Source: Psammoneis japonica (Eukaryota). From it: DNA of 64,000 nt. Each line of letters begins with the position of its first letter. Within the stretch, counting starts at the first letter, position 1. The DNA is taken from NCBI GenBank assembly GCA_008632985.1, contig QPGO01000033.1, positions 186,001-250,000 on the forward strand, read 5' to 3'. Below, piece after piece: positions 1-11,729 of this stretch. The notes under the pieces were generated by a model that did not search any database, was not told the origin of the DNA, and saw only the letters and a list, made by a program, of their open reading frames with translations. A program made the translations under genes and the position numbers.

Positions 1-134
1 ATGGAAGATACAGCGAGCATTTAAAATGATGTAACGTTGATCTAATGCTAGTAGTTTAGAACTGTAATACCTGGGGGAGTTATGAAAGTTGTGTAATGTA
101 TTAATATATTATTTGTTCATTGGAGATTTGAAAG

Positions 135-2352
135 CTAGCGTCGTCCTGTCCAATCAATGTTGCCAACTCCCATGGGTCCAACCGAATGACGGCCCACGTC
201 GTGCACAGATGGCGCCACAGGAGGAGCGGGACGGCGTGTGATAATGTCCACCAACAAGTCAGGTTCCGCCTTCAAGTCCTGTCGTGTTGCGCAAAAAAAA
301 AGCCACAGTGATAATGGTATGTTAGCATGCGGCATCACATTATTTTACACGAAGCAACAAGCAACGATAGGTTCTTTCACAGCGAGTCAACAAGTACCTG
401 TAAGCCATCAGTAATCGCTTGATCATTCAAATTTTGAAGAATAAACTCAAGAGCAATATCCTTGAGACCTGCCGCATTGTGACGATGACTAGCCACAAGA
501 ATTCCAATCACATTGTCGACATTGACATCGCGTCGAATAATGTCTTCGCAGAGAGCCTTTAGTCGATCAAGCTGAAACATTTCACTCATAATGAGGAGGT
601 TGACACCAACATCCAAAGACACGTTTTGCACAGTGTCCGTATACAAGTATTCGAGAACCTTGAGAAAGACAGGATACGACACATCCTTGAGCTCAATCGG
701 AACTCGGCCACCAGCCGACACTCCAGAAGCTACACCGTCTCCGGCGGCAGCCGACGCCTGAATACTCTCCTTCATTCCTCCGCTCACCAGCATGACTCGA
801 AAGTATTCACTCCGTACGGCCAAAATCGCACGATTCGCGTACACCTCTTTTCCTTCCACCAAAAAGGTGACATCCGACAATTCAGGCTGGTTAATGAGCC
901 GCTGCAAATCAGACACCAAAGCCGGGGGCGGAACGCTGACGGGCTTGAGTCGGAATTTGTAAAAGTCGTTCAATACAGTGATGCCATTGTACCTGAAAAG
1001 GAAGAGTATTATGGACCCATAAGTACTGGAGCTTTACCAATACGAAAACAAGAAATCATTTGAAAGACTCACCCGCCAAACACATAGAGACAATTCTCGT
1101 GCACCTGAGCCACGAGCGAAGACCGTCCACTCGGGGCATCGCCATGGGTGCAGTCCACCTCGGTCCAGTGATTTGTCTCAAAGTCGTACGCATACATATC
1201 AGCCAAGCGTTCATTCCCAGAATAGCCTCCATAGAGATACATTTTGTTTTCATAGAGACAACACGAGTGAAAGTAGCGGGGAGATGGCGGTCTCCCGAGG
1301 CACGGCATTTCCGTCCACGTATACGTGGCCAAGTCGCAGGCGAAAAAATCCGCCTTGCGTTCCACCCCATCGTAGCCACCCTGAATGTAAACGTGCGTGT
1401 CATCCTTGGCCCATGCAGGACAGGAGCGGACCGTGGGCAAATCTCCACGAGCCATAATTTGAGTCCACGTATTGGTTCGACAACAAAATTCATACATGTC
1501 ATTGAGCCATCGCGTTCCATCAAATCCACCAAAGAGCACAAATTTGTGATTGTGTACGACAGAGACATATCCAAATCGGCGCGACGGAACGTGCCCACGA
1601 ACCGCGGCTGAAGGTCCTCCCGCGTGTGGAGCAAGCACTTGATCTCCCAGAGCCGAGTTGGTCGCATCCGGTTCTCCCTGTGGATCGGACGAATCCTGAA
1701 TACAGGTCCAACGTTTGGATTCGATATCAAACATCCACAAATCGTTGAGCCACGCATTTCCGTTGTAACCTCCAAACAAGTAGACGCGACTCTCGTCGCC
1801 AATCACTACTCCGTTGTTCTCGCGACAGCCTGGCTTTTCTTCACTCAACACTTGAACCTCCTCCCAGACGCCAGTATCAAAACTATAAGAATAGAAATCA
1901 TCAAGGCGACCAGTGCCTCCGCCGTAGCCCTACGGAGTTGGTAGAAAGGAGTAACATACCGCACAAGTGAGAAAGTTGTGGATTGATAGATGTTGGATGC
2001 AACGTTCAGAATCTGAGTTGGTTTGCGGGGGGGGAGAAGGGGGCACATTGATCAATCAAATCAAAGAACATATATAAATATCCTCCTTCCTCGGCATTGA
2101 ATACATTGATACCCCCCTTTAGACAAAATTTCTTACCCCAAACATGTACAGCCGCCCCTTGACAACCACGCTCGCCGCACCCGATCGGGGCGGTGGCAGA
2201 GCCGAAGACGACGACAAATTCACTCGCGACCACGTCAACGAATGCCGATCTCTCTGCATTCTGCCTCCACGCGGCGGAGGAGGAATGTCCATATTATCGA
2301 GATGATTGTGAGCCGGTACAACGGCTTCTCCAATGCCTCCAAAGTCCGCCAT
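135..2352 (-). CDS. Kelch-repeat + BTB/POZ protein (LZTR1-like), 4 exons (approx. 2352-2137, 1930-1073, 993-398, 282-135)
   Basis: Kelch repeats (LYMFGG, VYLFGGYNG, FVLFGGFDG, YLYGGYSG, LYVFGG) followed by a BTB domain (SDVTFLVEGKEVYANRAILAVRSEYF...LEYLYTD). The ORF pieces join through GT..AG introns. Confidence 0.88.
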
Positions 2353-2601
2353 GGTTCGTGTTCAGTGTGTCCTGCAAGACAATTTTGTGCGCGCAAGCTT
2401 ACCTATTCGAGTTGGCGATACATAGGGCCCTACACGTAGAAAGTGTACCAATTCTACGTGGGTCTTCAGGAATCACCACCAGAAAAAGGTCGAGCGCCCA
2501 ACACTGAAAGAGCGTTTGAGGTGCCGCGGTAGGTGGGGGGAGGTCATTTTTGTTGCAACAGCACTCTACCGTTGTGAACAGAAGCAACTGCGATTGCGAC
2601 G

Positions 2602-3114
2602 ATGAAGTATTCGTTTGTTCTTTACACGCTGTTATGCTTGTTTGCAGAGACAGTGATAGGTCAGAATGTGGAGCAGTGTCGTCAATGGGGATTGGATCCG
2701 TTTCACTTATCGTGCGAAACCTGCGACGTGCTGTCGGCAACAAGTAGTGCTCACGAAAATTGTCTAAAGTGCTGTCAATCCTACAAGACAAACGCCAAGA
2801 GTACACGTCGATATGGATATGCAGCCTTGGCTTATCCAGAGAGGCTTGGGGGCTACTTTGAAGAAATGCAAGGCTTTGTCGAAAATGACTTGGAGGAGGT
2901 TCAACAGAAAAAGGGGAGCGGATTGGAAGCGATTTCGTCTGCCAACTCGTCGCCTTATTTGATACTCATGGATGAAAAACCAAAAGAAAAAACCAAGAAT
3001 GCACATGAGAAATTATCCTTGTATAATGGATACGCAAAGGAAATCATACCGTTGCGTCAATGGAAACGGGACGATATTAAAGAAATGCTATTGGCGCTCT
3101 TGCCTGATGCTTAG
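2602..3114 (+). CDS. Secreted/ER Sep15 (selenoprotein F)-family-like protein lacking the CxU motif
   Basis: Signal peptide, a Cys-rich N-domain (CRQWGLDPFHLSCETC...CLKCC) matching the Sep15 pattern, and a C-terminal PYLILMDE...IPLRQWKRDDIKEML resembling the Sep15/SelM fold. Confidence 0.65.
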   Translation: MKYSFVLYTLLCLFAETVIGQNVEQCRQWGLDPFHLSCETCDVLSATSSAHENCLKCCQSYKTNAKSTRRYGYAALAYPERLGGYFEEMQGFVENDLEEVQQKKGSGLEAISSANSSPYLILMDEKPKEKTKNAHEKLSLYNGYAKEIIPLRQWKRDDIKEMLLALLPDA

Positions 3115-3230
3115 CATCGAACGGAAGGACACGGCAGATATTCGATGATTGTAACTATTTTTTGTGTATCATATTTACAGTATCTGTAGACATCAACAGC
3201 ATCTCATCGAACAATTTTGCAATCCGTAAG

Positions 3231-4663
3231 TCAGTATTTCCTCGCCGCTTCAAAACTGCAATACGTGCAACCTCCCTCCTTTCCACCACATTCTTCTGTT
3301 CCGTGTAGAGCAACATGGTTGTTGTGTCTCATCAAGTCCCATAAAAGCTTCTCTTCGGGGGCCTCGCCCAGAGGCATGCTCGTTCCACCATATTCCGGGG
3401 GGATACTTTCCAAATCAATGAATTCCAGCAAACCATTCAATACATCGTCTTCACCACGCAATATCTTTACCTTGGAAAGAGTCTTCTTGTCCGCAAACTT
3501 CTTGACGACTCTCCATATGAGTTCAAAGTATACTGGTACATTGATGACAAAGATACATCCACTTCGTTCGGGATAATGTTGATTGCAAAAGGCACACGCC
3601 TTGCGAACAAAGGTGACGCACTCTCCGGCAAAATCACGCGGCCGGATACCCTCCAATCAATCACATAGATACTTTGTTGCATGTCATCTCGGCTCACGCA
3701 TTGCCATGTAAATTCCGTCACCATGGCATAGTGTCTCAACAACATGTCCAGAGTCACTCCACCCTTTCGTAGGGCTTTGAGATTGGTTTTGGGTGGCATT
3801 TCAAAATAGGCGGGTTCACCGTTCTTTCCGCGTAAATGAAAATAGTGAGGATAATGTTGCTTGATAAACTCAAAATGATCATGTGGTTCTTGCAGTATTG
3901 TATCCATATGATGCTTCTTTCGCCACTCCAATGTTGCCTGATATCGTTTTTGTGCAAGCACAGGGTTGCCTTTGGCCGCTCTCATGAATCTCAAAGGGAC
4001 GACCTCATCATCATCTTCTTCGTTTTGTTCTTTTAGTTCAGCTACTATGGCAGTCTCATTCACTACAGCCATCGTTCTTTGCTTGCCTACTCGAAATAGC
4101 CGCCAACGAAATCGTCGTGGTGCTTTTGTCGAGTCTTGTTGAGTCATTGCTGTAGTAGTATTTTTCTCCAACGTTATTGTTCCAGCTTGTGATGATGGAG
4201 CATTATCTGATCCATCATGATTTGTTATGCCGAGCGATGCTTTGGAAGTAGCACATGATTCATCCTGTGGTGGCTGTATGGATGAAGCAGCAACCGTCGT
4301 ATGCAATGGCAAAGAATGATGATGAACCGGAGGTGCAACAAATGCCAGAGGATGATGGAAATCATCGACAAGAAACGAAGGAGAGGAATTGCCACCACCA
4401 CCACCACCGCGCATCATTACCAAACTATCCAACCACAATTTTGGTGCATCCATGATTGCTGTTTCGTAATTTTGTTCATCTTGTTCTTCTGGGTAGAGTA
4501 TTGCGTCAAGCAAAGGCGTTCTGCTACTTTTCGACGCGCTCTGGTAAAAGATACCGTCATGTTCACTGCGTTTTCGAATCTCAAAAGCCTCAAACGCAAG
4601 CAATGGGTACAGAATCGGAGTTATACAATAATCTGTCGGTAATGCCAAGCTTGAAGATGTCAT
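3231..4663 (-). CDS. CRAL-TRIO (Sec14-like) lipid-binding protein, apparent 1-nt frameshift near 3657
   Basis: LRFMRAAKGN...TLEWRK, YVID(L)EGI, QHYPERSGCIFVINVP..F..IW, IPPEYGG. Two overlapping ORFs rejoin if one T is restored in a homopolymer. Confidence 0.85.
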
Positions 4664-4905
4664 GTTGTTAAACCTTTGTCAGCAGACGTGAAAGAACTGC
4701 CTGAATAATGAAGCGTTATGACTTCAATCCATTCTCGTGAATCTTGGTCAGAACTCGTCGCCGCAGAACTTGAATGATCTGCGAGTCAGTCGTGGTGGGA
4801 GCTTCAGTCACGAGTTGCGCGGTAACAAAACTGAACAAAGACATTACCGGTAGCCCTAGCTACTCTAGAGAGGGCCCTACTAGCTAGGTTCTATTCTACT
4901 TGTAG

Positions 4906-5259
4906 TAGAGAGAGGCTACCTCATCCTTGCTACGAAGCTTCTAAAACGAAGCAAGTCTTGCGAACTCACTGATTTGATCCTACAGTAGCAACGGATTGGC
5001 TTAACCTTCCTGTACGTAATCGAAAATGCCCATGTTCTTTAAGGGCGTCCTGCCACTGCACAGAAAACGGTATTCGTATGGGTTCACCACGTCTGTTACC
5101 CAAGGTAAAACATGAAAACAAAGATGCTACAGGCAGCTAGCTAGAGAGTAGAGGCTACCTCATCCTTGCTACGAAGCTTCTACAACTAAGCAACACTTGC
5201 GAACTCACTGATCTGATCCTAGTACCTTCCTGTACGTAATCGAAGATGCCCATGTTCTT
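4906..5259. repeat. Imperfect direct duplication of about 120-135 bp (4906-5040 vs 5142-5259)
   Basis: gaggctacctcatccttgctacgaagcttcta...cttgcgaactcactgat...ccttcctgtacgtaatcgaa.atgcccatgttctt occurs twice. Confidence 0.9.
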
Positions 5260-5308
5260 CAAAAGTACTGTGCAGCTGTTAAACACATTTGATATTTTCA
5301 AGGTAAAA

Positions 5309-5917
5309 CTAAACACCGGCCACTGCAGCCATAGCCACAATTGCAGATCCAACAAGTCCAAGATAAACCTTAACAGCGCCACTTCGAATGGAGCTTTGTT
5401 GAGCGTACAATGGATCCCCATTCCTTGCTGTTGCTGATTTTCCAGGAATCTCAAAAATGATTTCAAAATCGTCGTCATCATCACTCTCCGTAGGTGATGC
5501 AGAATTCGAATCACTGGGTGACGCCGATGGTGCTTTCGATTCACTTGGTTTCGCAGTAGGCGTGGCGGTGGGTTCTTCACAATCAGCCGCCCCTTTCTTA
5601 CCCTTGCCGTGCGCACCTCCTTTTCCTCCTTTACCCTTGCCGTGCGACGCGCCCTTGGAAGACGTCCCTTTCTTGCCCTTTGGCGTGTAACACGATGGCG
5701 CACTGGTTGGAGTATCGGTCGGGATCAACGTGGGGTAAAACGAGGGACTTTGTGACGGAAGAGACGATGGTCCTACTGAAGGAGCGGGTGACGGTGGTGC
5801 AGAGGGAGAAGTGGATGGCACCTCGGATGGCGCCACTGATGGAGTCAGAGATATCGGTGTCGCAAGTGTTGAGCCGACACAAAGCAGCAAAAGAATATGG
5901 ATTGCAAAGTCCACCAT
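5309..5917 (-). CDS. Secreted Pro/Ser/Thr-rich, Lys/Gly-rich protein with C-terminal hydrophobic tail (GPI/TM-anchor-like); candidate cell-wall protein
   Basis: Signal peptide MVDFAIHILLLLCVGSTLA, PSxxPS repeats, KGKKG..KGKGGKGG block, acidic patch, hydrophobic C-terminus. Confidence 0.75.
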   Translation of the reverse strand: MVDFAIHILLLLCVGSTLATPISLTPSVAPSEVPSTSPSAPPSPAPSVGPSSLPSQSPSFYPTLIPTDTPTSAPSCYTPKGKKGTSSKGASHGKGKGGKGGAHGKGKKGAADCEEPTATPTAKPSESKAPSASPSDSNSASPTESDDDDDFEIIFEIPGKSATARNGDPLYAQQSSIRSGAVKVYLGLVGSAIVAMAAVAGV

Positions 5918-7269
5918 TCTTTCAAATATCTGTAACAACGAGACAACAATGTTAGACTTCAATAATTGAGATACTCGGCATGTTCGCGGGTATTTCATCA
6001 TTGTGACTACACAAATAGCCATTCAATAGAACTAGAGCTGCACTAGTTGTCATTGTACCTAATCTCACCTTTTGCAATGGTTACAGTAGAGGGCACACTA
6101 GTTGAAAATGTATGAGTCGCCGCAAAAATGAAAAACAGGGCCGGGCGTTTCACGTTGTGCGAAAAGATTCTATCCGTCATCTTGTTATGCTGGCACGTTC
6201 CGTGGGAATCCCGCCACTTTCTACTTCTAATCAGTAAAGCTCAATCGTGAACGTATCAAAAACGCTGCTTTTGGTATTTCGATGACAGATACAATAGGAC
6301 AGCGTATTGATTGGAATCGACAGGAGGAGTGCCATACTGCCTCGACGTGTCCCACGACGCATTTCGGTCGCACACAATCACTTGTAAAACGCCATGCTTA
6401 TTCCGATAATACTTCAGCAACATAGTCTCCATGCAGTGACTGACCCGTCCACATTTCTATGACGTATCCTGTCTTGAATCCTCGCTATTCCATGAAGGAT
6501 GATATACTTTATCACGTCGTTGTTTGAACTGATTTCACAAAAATGAGCGAGATTCGATGTGTACTCCGGCCCGAGTATAGATAGTGTTTGCGACGGTTTG
6601 TTCCAACACTATAGTCTGAGTTGTTCTGTCATGGAATTGCGGAGCACAAACGGCACGCTCTCGGGGTCGTCTATCGATGAGATGATGATGGAAATCTACG
6701 AAAGTACCCAAGCCAATATCATCTCAGTTGCCGTACAGTCGACAATACGCTCAGCTGCTTGGAGAACATTCCTTTGGTGTAGATCATGGTGAGCAGGTCG
6801 CTTCGAAAGGATGGTACTCTAGGGCCTATCGAAATCCCGCCTGACTGTTGGAAAATTGACGGTTGCACGTTTTAGTGAGGCGCAAAAAAAATTTGCGGTT
6901 GGTTCTTGTAAAGAGTGTGAGTGAGTCGAAAGATATATAATAAGAGTTGAATAATCTAATAACATTATTCACTATTTTGGTGGCGTTTAAAAAGTATAAA
7001 ATATATACGCTTCTGAAGTCTATTTAAAATATCTTTCAATTGCCCTTCTGTTCTGTCGATAGTGAGAGCCACGTACGAAACCGGTACGACAGTCAGCGTG
7101 CCGCCAAAATTTGAAACTCAAAAACACGACTGACCCAAACCGCCACTGTACAAAGGCGAGTTCAAAAGGCGTTCATTCGTGACCACAACGCTTCTCATTA
7201 CTTTCCCATCTCTTCACTCGTTGCCTTTGATCGTGCAAAGAAGACTTCTCCGCATAGAGTCTGACCGAG

Positions 7270-7881
7270 ATGAGACCGTTCTTGTGGCTCATCGTAATTG
7301 TGCTTGCGTTGCAAGCATGCGTCGCCGCTGGTTCAGAGTCAAAGTCGAAGTCAAAGTCGTCCAAGGCTCCAAAATCAAAATCATCCAAGACAAAGCTGAC
7401 AAAGGACGTAGGAACAAGTAAGAGTGCGAAATCGAAAACGAGCACGGAAAGTGGGGAGAAAAGCTCGAGCAAGAAAAGTTCGGAGAAGGGCGTGAAAGGT
7501 GTTGCTCGGCCGGCAGCAAGTCCCTCACCTCCAGTCGTAACTGTTCCGACGCCAAAGGGTCCTTTCTTTCCACCAGATGACCCTGACGATGCTTCTCCAG
7601 AAGAGAAATCTCCGATGGAGAAAGAATCCCCAGATGAGCCTGACGATGCTTCCCCAGAAGAGGAATCTCCGATGGAGAAAGAAGAGGATGAATCATCCCC
7701 AGAAGAAGCTGCTGCAGGGACAGAAAAGGCTGAGGATGTTTCACCGGAAGACCCCTCCCCCGACGGGGGCGAAGAAGAGCCCCCAGAAGAAGAAGATACA
7801 CCGTCGCCAACTCCATCACCCACTTGTCTCGAGTGTGATGATGGTTTTACTAGAGCATTGAGACGACGCCAAATCATTTAG
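7270..7881 (+). CDS. Secreted Lys/Ser-rich plus acidic Ser-Pro-rich protein (silaffin-like composition), PTCLECDD motif
   Basis: Signal peptide, KSKSKSSKAPKSKSSK (KxxK motifs), repeated DDASPEEE/KSPMEKE, PSPTCLECDD. The 3' end could be spliced differently. Confidence 0.78.
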   Translation: MRPFLWLIVIVLALQACVAAGSESKSKSKSSKAPKSKSSKTKLTKDVGTSKSAKSKTSTESGEKSSSKKSSEKGVKGVARPAASPSPPVVTVPTPKGPFFPPDDPDDASPEEKSPMEKESPDEPDDASPEEESPMEKEEDESSPEEAAAGTEKAEDVSPEDPSPDGGEEEPPEEEDTPSPTPSPTCLECDDGFTRALRRRQII

Positions 7882-8658
7882 AGGGATTTTCCCGCCTGTT
7901 CTCTCCCCACAGACGACAAATGTACCGTCTGACTGCGGTGTCTTGACAAGAAAAAGCACGTGTTTGTATCGGATGAGAAGTTTCACTGTATGTTGTGGAT
8001 GCCTTCCGAACACTGTTGTTGGTCGACACTATTTCTTTATCATAGAGAGCCTAACAAAGTAGCTGTAGCCTCGATAGATGGCATGTTGCGTGCACCATGA
8101 TATTTATCGCTCGGTTGAGTTGTGGCGGGAAGCAGCGCCTGGATACCCACCCGCTCGCGCGAAATAAAGGCGGGAAGAGTCGTCAGACTTGTGACAATGT
8201 TGTCCTACCGTATGCCTATGGCGAGCGCTGCTTCCTGCTCCGTATTGTCCCTGCTCCTATCCATTCACAATATCATACAGTAGCTCAGGTTGTTTTTTTA
8301 AGTCTATGGCTTCTGTCTGTGGCGAAGTCTGTTGAGAATACGAATACGAAGAATCAAATCAATCAAGGTCGATATAAGAAGAGTACTTTGCCTTCTTGTG
8401 CAGCGCTGAACGCCAAAGCCTGCTCTTTGCTATCAATTTTGAGACTTTCCGTATAAAAAATCACCCGCAATATCTGAAACCTGGCTCATGTCGGATAAAA
8501 AAGAACTGAGCTCTTCAGGTGGGCTCGACGATGCCGGACCGACGTGAGTTCTGTCAACTTTGCTCTAGTCGCTTGAGTTTGCACAAGTGTCCTCTTTGAA
8601 TTCACTCTATTTTTCTTTTCGTCGTTTTGTGTTTTCAAAAAGTGAGGAGTCTCCACTC

Positions 8659-9333
8659 ATGGGTACCGAGAGTCCTGATGTCGAAGCATTTCCACTAACG
8701 GGAACCGAGACTCCTTATGTCGAGGCAGCACCAGTAGAAGATGAGGATGACGATGAATCGAGTAATGTTGGGTCGGAACCAAAATCAATTACAGAATCAC
8801 TTCGCCACATTCTTCTCAAGCGACCACGCCCAAACCCGTGTCTCTTTGTGTTTTATCTCATTTCTGGTGTAGCAGCAATCGACTCACTCTGCCTCTTTTT
8901 GACACAAGTTGTTCCTATTATCATTCAATATCCCACCGTGGACTACCTTTTTGTTGCGTTACGATGTTATGTGGCTGGCTTTTGCGTTGTGTTTATTTTA
9001 GTCGAGGCAAATGCCCCAATCCCATTCCTGCAAGTCAACAATACGTTTCAAAGCTACATTTCGCGAGGATTCCTCTATAGCTTTATCGGATTGATTGGAC
9101 TCGAACAAGCTTACAATGCACGGGTCGAAGAAGTGGTGAAGCATTCTGCAAGCAAATTCCATATTGGGTGGACTCCGTTGTTTATGCAAATCAGTTCATG
9201 GTCTATGGTATGTATTGGCCATACTTATATTCTCATGGGATTGCTCTGTTTGAGACAAGTCCGCGACAAACTATCGGCGGATTATCAAGCGAGTCTAGAC
9301 GAATACCATCGTGGAGAAACTGTTGAAAAGTGA
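8659..9333 (+). CDS. Multi-pass membrane protein, COPI-associated/TVP15-like family
   Basis: Four hydrophobic segments with LRCY..FC..FILVE and SYISRGFLYSFIGLIG, characteristic of the family. Confidence 0.65.
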   Translation: MGTESPDVEAFPLTGTETPYVEAAPVEDEDDDESSNVGSEPKSITESLRHILLKRPRPNPCLFVFYLISGVAAIDSLCLFLTQVVPIIIQYPTVDYLFVALRCYVAGFCVVFILVEANAPIPFLQVNNTFQSYISRGFLYSFIGLIGLEQAYNARVEEVVKHSASKFHIGWTPLFMQISSWSMVCIGHTYILMGLLCLRQVRDKLSADYQASLDEYHRGETVEK

Positions 9334-9880
9334 GAATCATTAGTGCCGGTGCGATATAGCACTTGTCCGTTCCGGTGTTGTATTAATAGTACAGAGATGG
9401 AGCCTATAACGGCACTGCGATGTGTATCGACTTTCAACCCTGAGCAGCTTTCTAGCTAGCTACTTGGAACTTTCGATTTGCGTTCTTTCGTGCTAGCGAG
9501 ATGATCGTACTTATAAATATGGCTAACTTGATCCTCTCAGCCTTTCAATTCTAGTGGATGGATGAATCTGGCTCATTTATCGAGATAAAGGAAGTGTAAA
9601 TGCATAGCTTATCTTTTCACCTCGCTTACTAGCACGCAAGTACCTTCCGAGCACAACAGTTTGTTTATCTTATTCGGTTTCTACTCTAGATTATTTCATT
9701 ACTTCCTACCGTATCTCGAGTCCTGTATGTGCGTTTGCGGCGCGTGGGCGGACAGACGTTTCATATAGCAAATCCGCCCATTTTTGAAGTTTCCGCTTCA
9801 ACAGAAAAAAAAAACAGAAAAACAGAACAATGATGCGGCCGACGGCAGTTTCTCGAATGTATTACTGCTACTTGTAGAGA

Positions 9881-11692
9881 ATGTGTGGTATTGACGTTGA
9901 AATTTTTGGGACACGTCTGGAAAATCTTGGCAGTGATGACAAGGATGTGATTGGTCGACGAGGACCACATGGTTCCATCGTCGTAACTCGAACGTTGTGT
10001 TCAGGCTACCAACTATCCATGAGAGCCACAGTGTTGCATGTGCGTGGGGAGAACATGAAACGTCAACCTGTCCCTATTGAAATCGTTGATGAAGAGCATT
10101 ATTTGTGTTGGAATGGGGAAGCATATGAGATTTTGAATAAAGAATCGGACGACATTGTCTCAAACGACTTGTCCGCACAATCATCACGCAACAACGCCGA
10201 GTCCGATACTGCGATTGTTGCTCAAATGTTGAAAGAAGGAATACAAGACACCGAATTGAATGAATGGGTTTGGAGATGTTCAGAGGAACAAGCTCAAATT
10301 GAGCATGAAACCACAATAAACTTTGATGCAAATTTGACAAAGCCTGACGATGACACGCCATCACCGAATGCGAAATTGCCACTCCGAACAGTTGCTGCCG
10401 TCATGGCGAGAATATGGAATGGCGAATTCACTTTTTGCTTTTCAACCCCAGATGCGTTATACTATGGAAGGGATAGTTGGGGTCGTCGATCCTTGTTGGT
10501 GGCGTCTTCGAGTAGTAGTGAATGTGCCGATTGCAAGAGTGACGATATCTTCTTCAAGCTGGCATCCGTAGCAACCTCTACAAGAGGAGAGAAATGGTCA
10601 GAAGTTCCTCCCGGACGTGTCTATGAGTTGGAACTTGCTACTGGCCACGTGCGTTCCTTAGCGTTGCCATCAGTGCGACCTACTACGCTTCCAATCTCTG
10701 TCAGTAGTTCTTTATCCTACCCGCCTCCGCCATCAGGCGTATCAGCCAACATTTGGAAAGCCTCCTTCGCACTGCAGCAACACCTGACAAGAGCGGTTGC
10801 AAGCCGAGTCTATACCAATCACACGAAAGCATCGAGTGTGGGTATTCTCTTTTCCGGTGGACTTGACTCCGTCGTCTTGGCCTCGTTGGCATGTGAGGTG
10901 TTGCAACAGCAGCAGCAAGGCACGGTGGTGGAACTCTTCAATGTTAATTTTGGTCCCAAAGAAAGCGCCGATCGCAAGGCAGCCATTCAATCCATGAAGG
11001 AATTGAAGACGCTGTATCCACATTTTCCATTGAAACTAATTTGTGTGGATACGCTGGAATGGCAAGACGTCGTACAGCACGACTCGCACCTTCTTCAGCT
11101 CATTCATCCCAAGCATACAGCAATGGACTTGAATATTGGTACAGCACTATGGTTTGCAAGTCGAGGTGTAGGATACGAATGGGTGGATCAAGACAATGGA
11201 AGAGACCAGAGTGGAGCAAAGAATTACACTTCATCTTGTCGAATCGTGCTGGTTGGTATGGGTGCCGACGAACAAATGGGCGGATACGGACGTCATCGCA
11301 AGTGCTTTGCAACGTGCGGAGAGGAGGGACTGCAGGCCGAGCTGGACCGTGATATCCATCGGCTATGGGAACGCAATTTGGGACGTGACGATCGTGCTAT
11401 ATCCGATCACGGCCGTGAAGCACGATTTCCTTTTCTGGATGTCCACGTGACTGACTTTTTGCGGAACCTGCCGGTATCGGAAAAGTGCAACATGAATCTA
11501 GAACCAGGAGTCGGTGACAAGCAAATCTTGCGGCTCATTGCTCATCGCTTGGGGCTGGTCACAGCAGGCGGATTGGTCAAGCGAGCAATACAGTTTGGCA
11601 GTAGAATGGCGCACATGAGTGATACAAAACGATTCAACAGTCGTCGTAAAGCAAGTGGTGAGGCTGAAATACCCGTGATGGGTACGAATTAG
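9881..11692 (+). CDS. ASNSD1: Asparagine synthetase domain-containing protein 1
   Basis: N-terminal MCGI, RRGP, LCWNGE, GRDSWGRRSLL, ILFSGGLDS, GMGADEQMGGYGRH, RNLGRDDR..SDHGREARFPFLD, KRAIQFGSR. Confidence 0.93.
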   Translation: MCGIDVEIFGTRLENLGSDDKDVIGRRGPHGSIVVTRTLCSGYQLSMRATVLHVRGENMKRQPVPIEIVDEEHYLCWNGEAYEILNKESDDIVSNDLSAQSSRNNAESDTAIVAQMLKEGIQDTELNEWVWRCSEEQAQIEHETTINFDANLTKPDDDTPSPNAKLPLRTVAAVMARIWNGEFTFCFSTPDALYYGRDSWGRRSLLVASSSSSECADCKSDDIFFKLASVATSTRGEKWSEVPPGRVYELELATGHVRSLALPSVRPTTLPISVSSSLSYPPPPSGVSANIWKASFALQQHLTRAVASRVYTNHTKASSVGILFSGGLDSVVLASLACEVLQQQQQGTVVELFNVNFGPKESADRKAAIQSMKELKTLYPHFPLKLICVDTLEWQDVVQHDSHLLQLIHPKHTAMDLNIGTALWFASRGVGYEWVDQDNGRDQSGAKNYTSSCRIVLVGMGADEQMGGYGRHRKCFATCGEEGLQAELDRDIHRLWERNLGRDDRAISDHGREARFPFLDVHVTDFLRNLPVSEKCNMNLEPGVGDKQILRLIAHRLGLVTAGGLVKRAIQFGSRMAHMSDTKRFNSRRKASGEAEIPVMGTN

Positions 11693-11729
11693 CTAAGGGC
11701 AGATAAAAACAATGTCAGTTCTGTATTGA

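Noticed and set aside
2602..3230. Selenoprotein with UGA recoding and SECIS
   Set aside because: No in-frame TGA in the ORF and no SECIS that I could identify.
3640..3670. Programmed ribosomal frameshift in the CRAL-TRIO gene
   Set aside because: No slippery heptamer. It matches the homopolymer-deletion pattern seen in other genes.
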